64,000 bases of DNA from the human T2T-CHM13v2.0 reference genome, Homo sapiens, in NCBI RefSeq assembly GCF_009914755.1, contig NC_060932.1; one strand, written 5' to 3'. Position numbers and translations under genes: made by a program. This document shows, in pieces, positions 59,426 to 64,000 of this stretch. The notes beneath the pieces are model-generated. The model did not search any database. It had not been told where the DNA came from and worked only from the letters and a program-made list of their open reading frames with translations. Each line of letters begins with the position of its first letter. Position 1 is the stretch's first letter.

Positions 59426-60722
59426 TGGGGAAGTTCTTAATCTTGAGAATACCATGATTATGTTTGCATTTTAGAAGGAAACTCAGGCAGTAATGTGGAG
59501 GAGGGCTTGGGAGTGCAGACCAGGAGTCCAGGCAGAGGTCATGGAGAAAGAAGCAGGGGGACACATCCCAGGCACTCTTAGCACCTGGACATGTGGTCAC
59601 GTAGGAGAGGAGGGGTCAAGGAGACCCAGGACTCTGGCTGGGTCTACTGCAATTGATGATGGTGCTATTATCCCAGGCATAGAGTGGAAGACATCCTCAT
59701 ACCTTACTGTGATCGAGTTATTTTAGTTGTCTCCCACCCCACTAGGGCAGGGACCATGTCATTTGCTGTTGGTTGTCCTCTCTGGGACTGGCACAGCAGT
59801 TACTAGTACGTAATAAGTGTTGAAAGAACATTTTTGAATAAATGAATAAGGTGGCTGGGAGCCCTGGTGGAGGTGTCCCCTGGGAATGCAGGTCAGAGAG
59901 AGGTCAGGGCTATGAGTCCTGGGTGAGTGGGAGGATTCACTGAAACACATGCTGAAAGTGGGGGGATGACAAGGAAAGGAGTCAGGATGGGATCTTGGCG
60001 GGGCTGTCGGGGGCTGCCCTTCAGGCAAGGGCCTCGAATCTGCCTGTGGGCCATGGCACCCATGCACTGAGAATTACGAGAGCTGGGAACTCTCTCTCAT
60101 CTTGTCAGTGGCACTCTGGCTGTCTTCATTCATTCAAATATTCTGCTCCATCTCTGCCTGGTGCCTATTCCACCCACGTCACTTCATCTACTATTTCCCC
60201 ATTTCTCCAACTCTTCTCCAACTCTTCTCCAGGCTATTTTTTCTCTCCCTGTACTCTCCTATGTCCTCTTGGATTCTTCATCCTCCAGTTTGGAAGGCAG
60301 AGGATCTGAGCTGGCCTTCAAGGCGGCTCTCAGCCTCTGTCTCTGTCTGTGATTCCTCATCTGTGGAACAGGCCTCAGAAGACCCCCCTCCCCCGCTCAC
60401 ACTGCCTTCACACAGGCCTCCATTGCTACAGAAATGAAGCTACTGTTTGGAGGCTGTAAAGGCTTTTCACTGTCTTAATCCAAAATTCCGTGGAGATTCC
60501 AATGATAATGCTTCTAAATGTCATCAACTCCTCAAAATTATTTAGGTGAGGGTTTTTTTTTTTTTTTTGCCATCTGTTTTGCTGATGGGCTTTGCCTCTG
60601 AGAGACACCTTGAGCTCAGGGAGCAGGCGTCAGCCCCTCTCCCTTTCCAGTATCCGGCCCTGTACCTGGGCTTGACAAACATTTGTTGAATAAATAAATG
60701 AAGGCCATGTTCTATCTCATTA

Positions 60723-61058
<336 letters not shown>

Positions 61059-62349
61059 AGAGTGAAAAGAATTCTTACCAGATAATCTCTACACAGCTGG
61101 GAGGTGAAAGGAGCATCCTAAAAACAGGCCCTCATCAAGCAGCTCGGAGCCCCAAGTGTGTAAGGCCCTATGCCCAGGCCAGTGGCTTGAAAGGGAGTCC
61201 ATTTCTAGTCAAGCTTGGGGAGCCCAGACCCCAAGCAGGAGCTTGTGGGGTTCCTGGAAACCCCCAGCAGGACCCCACCCCACCCCAGGAAGAACCTTTG
61301 AGAAATCACACTAACGGGACTAAGAAACCAAATTAATCGTATTCAACTCTCCCTTGAAGGATCTGGAAGAAGCTGATTTTGAATGCAATTGGTAAAATGT
61401 AATCTGCAAATGTGGAATTTGTAGCAAGTTATGAAAGTCTTTTAAAATGAAGAAGGGTCTTTTTGGTAGGAGATGGCTTAAAAAAATAAGATTAAAAAAA
61501 TTTTTTTTAACGAAGACGGGGCCACCTTAACGGCTACTGTAAGAGTTACCAATCAGCTTGAGGAGCTGGAGAGAATGGATTTTGGGGTGGGGACACTCAA
61601 GGAGCAGAAAAGTGCTCCGAAGGGCAGGGCTTCCTCACTGTGCTTGAGACTGCTCTCTGGACTTCAGGGAGTTGTGAACCTCCTACAAGTGTGTGGAAAT
61701 CATGCATACGTAGGTATGTGCATTTTTCAGGGGTAAGTAGTCTCACTGAGGTAAACGAGGAAGACCAGGCATTGTTGACCAAGTTCTGTCCCGGCCTGGG
61801 TGGAACTATTTGTAAGATGATGCCACCTCCATGACCAGAAACTGACCTTCTTGGGATGATTTTTCCCAACATTTCTTAAATTTCCAACTTTATTTCTTCA
61901 AAGCTCTTCTCCATCTAGTTGGGCTGTACTTTCTGGCTCTCCAGGAACTTTCAGCTGTCAGTATTCCCTGCTTAATGCCTGTCAATTTCTCTATACAGTA
62001 GCTTCCTGCCTGTCAGGTCTGGACATGCTCAAAAATCCCTTCCACATTGGGTGGCGTCTGGGAAGTGGCTTTCTTTCCCTGCAGCTGTCCATTTGCCTCT
62101 TTTCTCCCAGCCTGGCTTCTGAAAAGATTTATGAACATTTGTTATCTCTGCTTATCTCTTAGTCAGACTTCAGCTTGATCCAATCTGTTTTCCACCTTTT
62201 TCTACCGAAACTTCTCTCTTCAAGGTCATCGGTTTGCCAAATCTAATTCTAATGGACCAGTTTCCATTCTTACCTTGCTTGTTTTCTCAGTGGGATTTTA
62301 TGCTTATATTTCCTCCTCCCTGAAGCTTTCCCCTCCTTGACCCTCTAAG

Positions 62350-62479
62350 TAGGGAATATATGATTAATCTCCCAAACTGGGTCACTGTTTAAAGTGAAAG
62401 GGGGCACTAATGAATAATTATGCCAGGCTCACTGTCATAAGCCAAGACTCCCAGGCACACTCAGACGTGTGGTCACCCT
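62350..62479. mobile_element. MER81-like hAT-Blackjack MITE
   Basis: AGTGAAAGGGGGCACTAATGAATAATTATGCC core; GGTCACCCT terminus. Confidence 0.65.
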
Positions 62480-62630
62480 CCCTGCAAAACTTGCTTTCCC
62501 TTCCCTGGGCTGCTCAGCCTTCTCATACTCCTTCATGGGATCCCTTTCCTCCTTCCTCCATCCACTGTCCACTCCTTAAAACTGCCCTGGGCTCTCCCCT
62601 GCTCTCATGCTACACCATCTCCCTGAGTGA

Positions 62631-62927
<297 letters not shown>

Positions 62928-63179
62928 TGAGTGATCTTATCCATCTGTAGATTAAATCTCCCTCTGTCTGCTGAGGACTCCCTGCCTATACTATGAGTAC
63001 AATGTCTTGATTTCTATACTCCAAGAACAAGTGCAACTGCTGCCCAGAAGTCTCTACTTGGATGTCCTAGAGGCAAGTTCAAATCTACTCCTAAAACCAG
63101 ACTCATTCTTTTCAACCCCAACTATGCTCTCTTCCTTTTGGAGAATGGCAAATGAGGGAATATGGAGGAAGTGTCAGGT

Positions 63180-63580
63180 AAGATGAGAGGTTCTGGAGTT
63201 ACGATTGCCAGGGTCCAAAGTCCAGCTTATCCACCTACTAGCCATGCATAGTAATTATTTAACCCTTCCAAGCCTCAGTTTCCTCAACTGGAAAATGGAG
63301 ATAGAAGTGCCTACCTCATGGGTGGGTTGTGAGAATTAATGAGACAATAATGACAATAGCAGATATTTATAGGGCACTTTCTGAGCCAAGCACTTCTATG
63401 TGGCTTTCATGTATTATTTCGTTTAATCTTCACAACAACCCACTGGAGTAAGGGCCATTATTCTTCCTCTTTTACAGGTGAGCAACCCTGAGATGCAGAA
63501 TGCACTGACATTCTCTGTGTTAGTGGCGGAATCAGAGTTCAAATTCAGCAAGTCTGGCTCCAGTGGCATCCTCTTAAGCA
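63180..63580. mobile_element. Two MIR fragments, tail to tail
   Basis: GCCTCAGTTTCCTCAACTGGAAAATGG (+) followed by TTTAATCTTCACAACAACCC...TTTTACAGGTGAG (-). Confidence 0.7.
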
Positions 63581-64000
63581 CCTCAGTGTTCTGTGTGTGC
63601 AAAGTTCCTTGAACAGTATCAAGCATATAAGACCCTATGCCTGGGGAAGTGACTTGGAAGGGTATCCAAATCTGGTCAAGCTTGGGGAGCCCAGGCTTGA
63701 GCAAATAATTTGCTCAGCAAATTATTTCCACTCTCCACCCGGTCTACCAAACCAGATACCCAGAAGGAGGCCTATTTCCCTTATTCTTCCTTCTATATCC
63801 ATCAAGTCCTGTCCACTATGCCTTAAAACAGTAGGTGCCTTCTCAGAGTTTACTTATTTAATTATTATTATATATTCCTAGTTCATTGTCCAAGGTGTCT
63901 TAATATTGACAAATCAACTACCAGAATCCCAGATGTGAATGGAAAGGACTAGGTCTCTGCCTTTAGTTTGAGGCTTTTCTTTTTAAATCCCCATTCTGCT

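Overview
Primate (very probably human) non-coding genomic DNA. I see no intact protein-coding gene, no CpG island and no RNA gene. Nearly all ORFs in the supplied track are Alu, LTR or simple-repeat translations. The window is dominated by interspersed repeats: about 40 Alu/FLAM/FRAM copies, many with readable target-site duplications (TSDs), MaLR/ERV solo LTRs, MIR, L2, L1 fragments and hAT/mariner MITEs. The one gene-derived sequence is a degraded, intronless ADI1 (acireductone dioxygenase) processed pseudogene on the minus strand (about 27725-29222), which the ORF track does not show. Most worth a second look: a 32-bp AT-rich minisatellite built from hairpin units, a zero-spacer inverted Alu fusion at about 59187, two unexplained local duplications (38 bp and 67 bp), a 41-bp A-tailed micro-insertion with a 12-bp TSD, multi-level TE nesting, and repeat-free islands with dense transcription-factor motifs (candidate enhancers). 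I found no evidence of a new multi-gene system. Repeat subfamily names are recalled from consensus sequences and need RepeatMasker/Dfam confirmation, and boundaries without TSDs are approximate.
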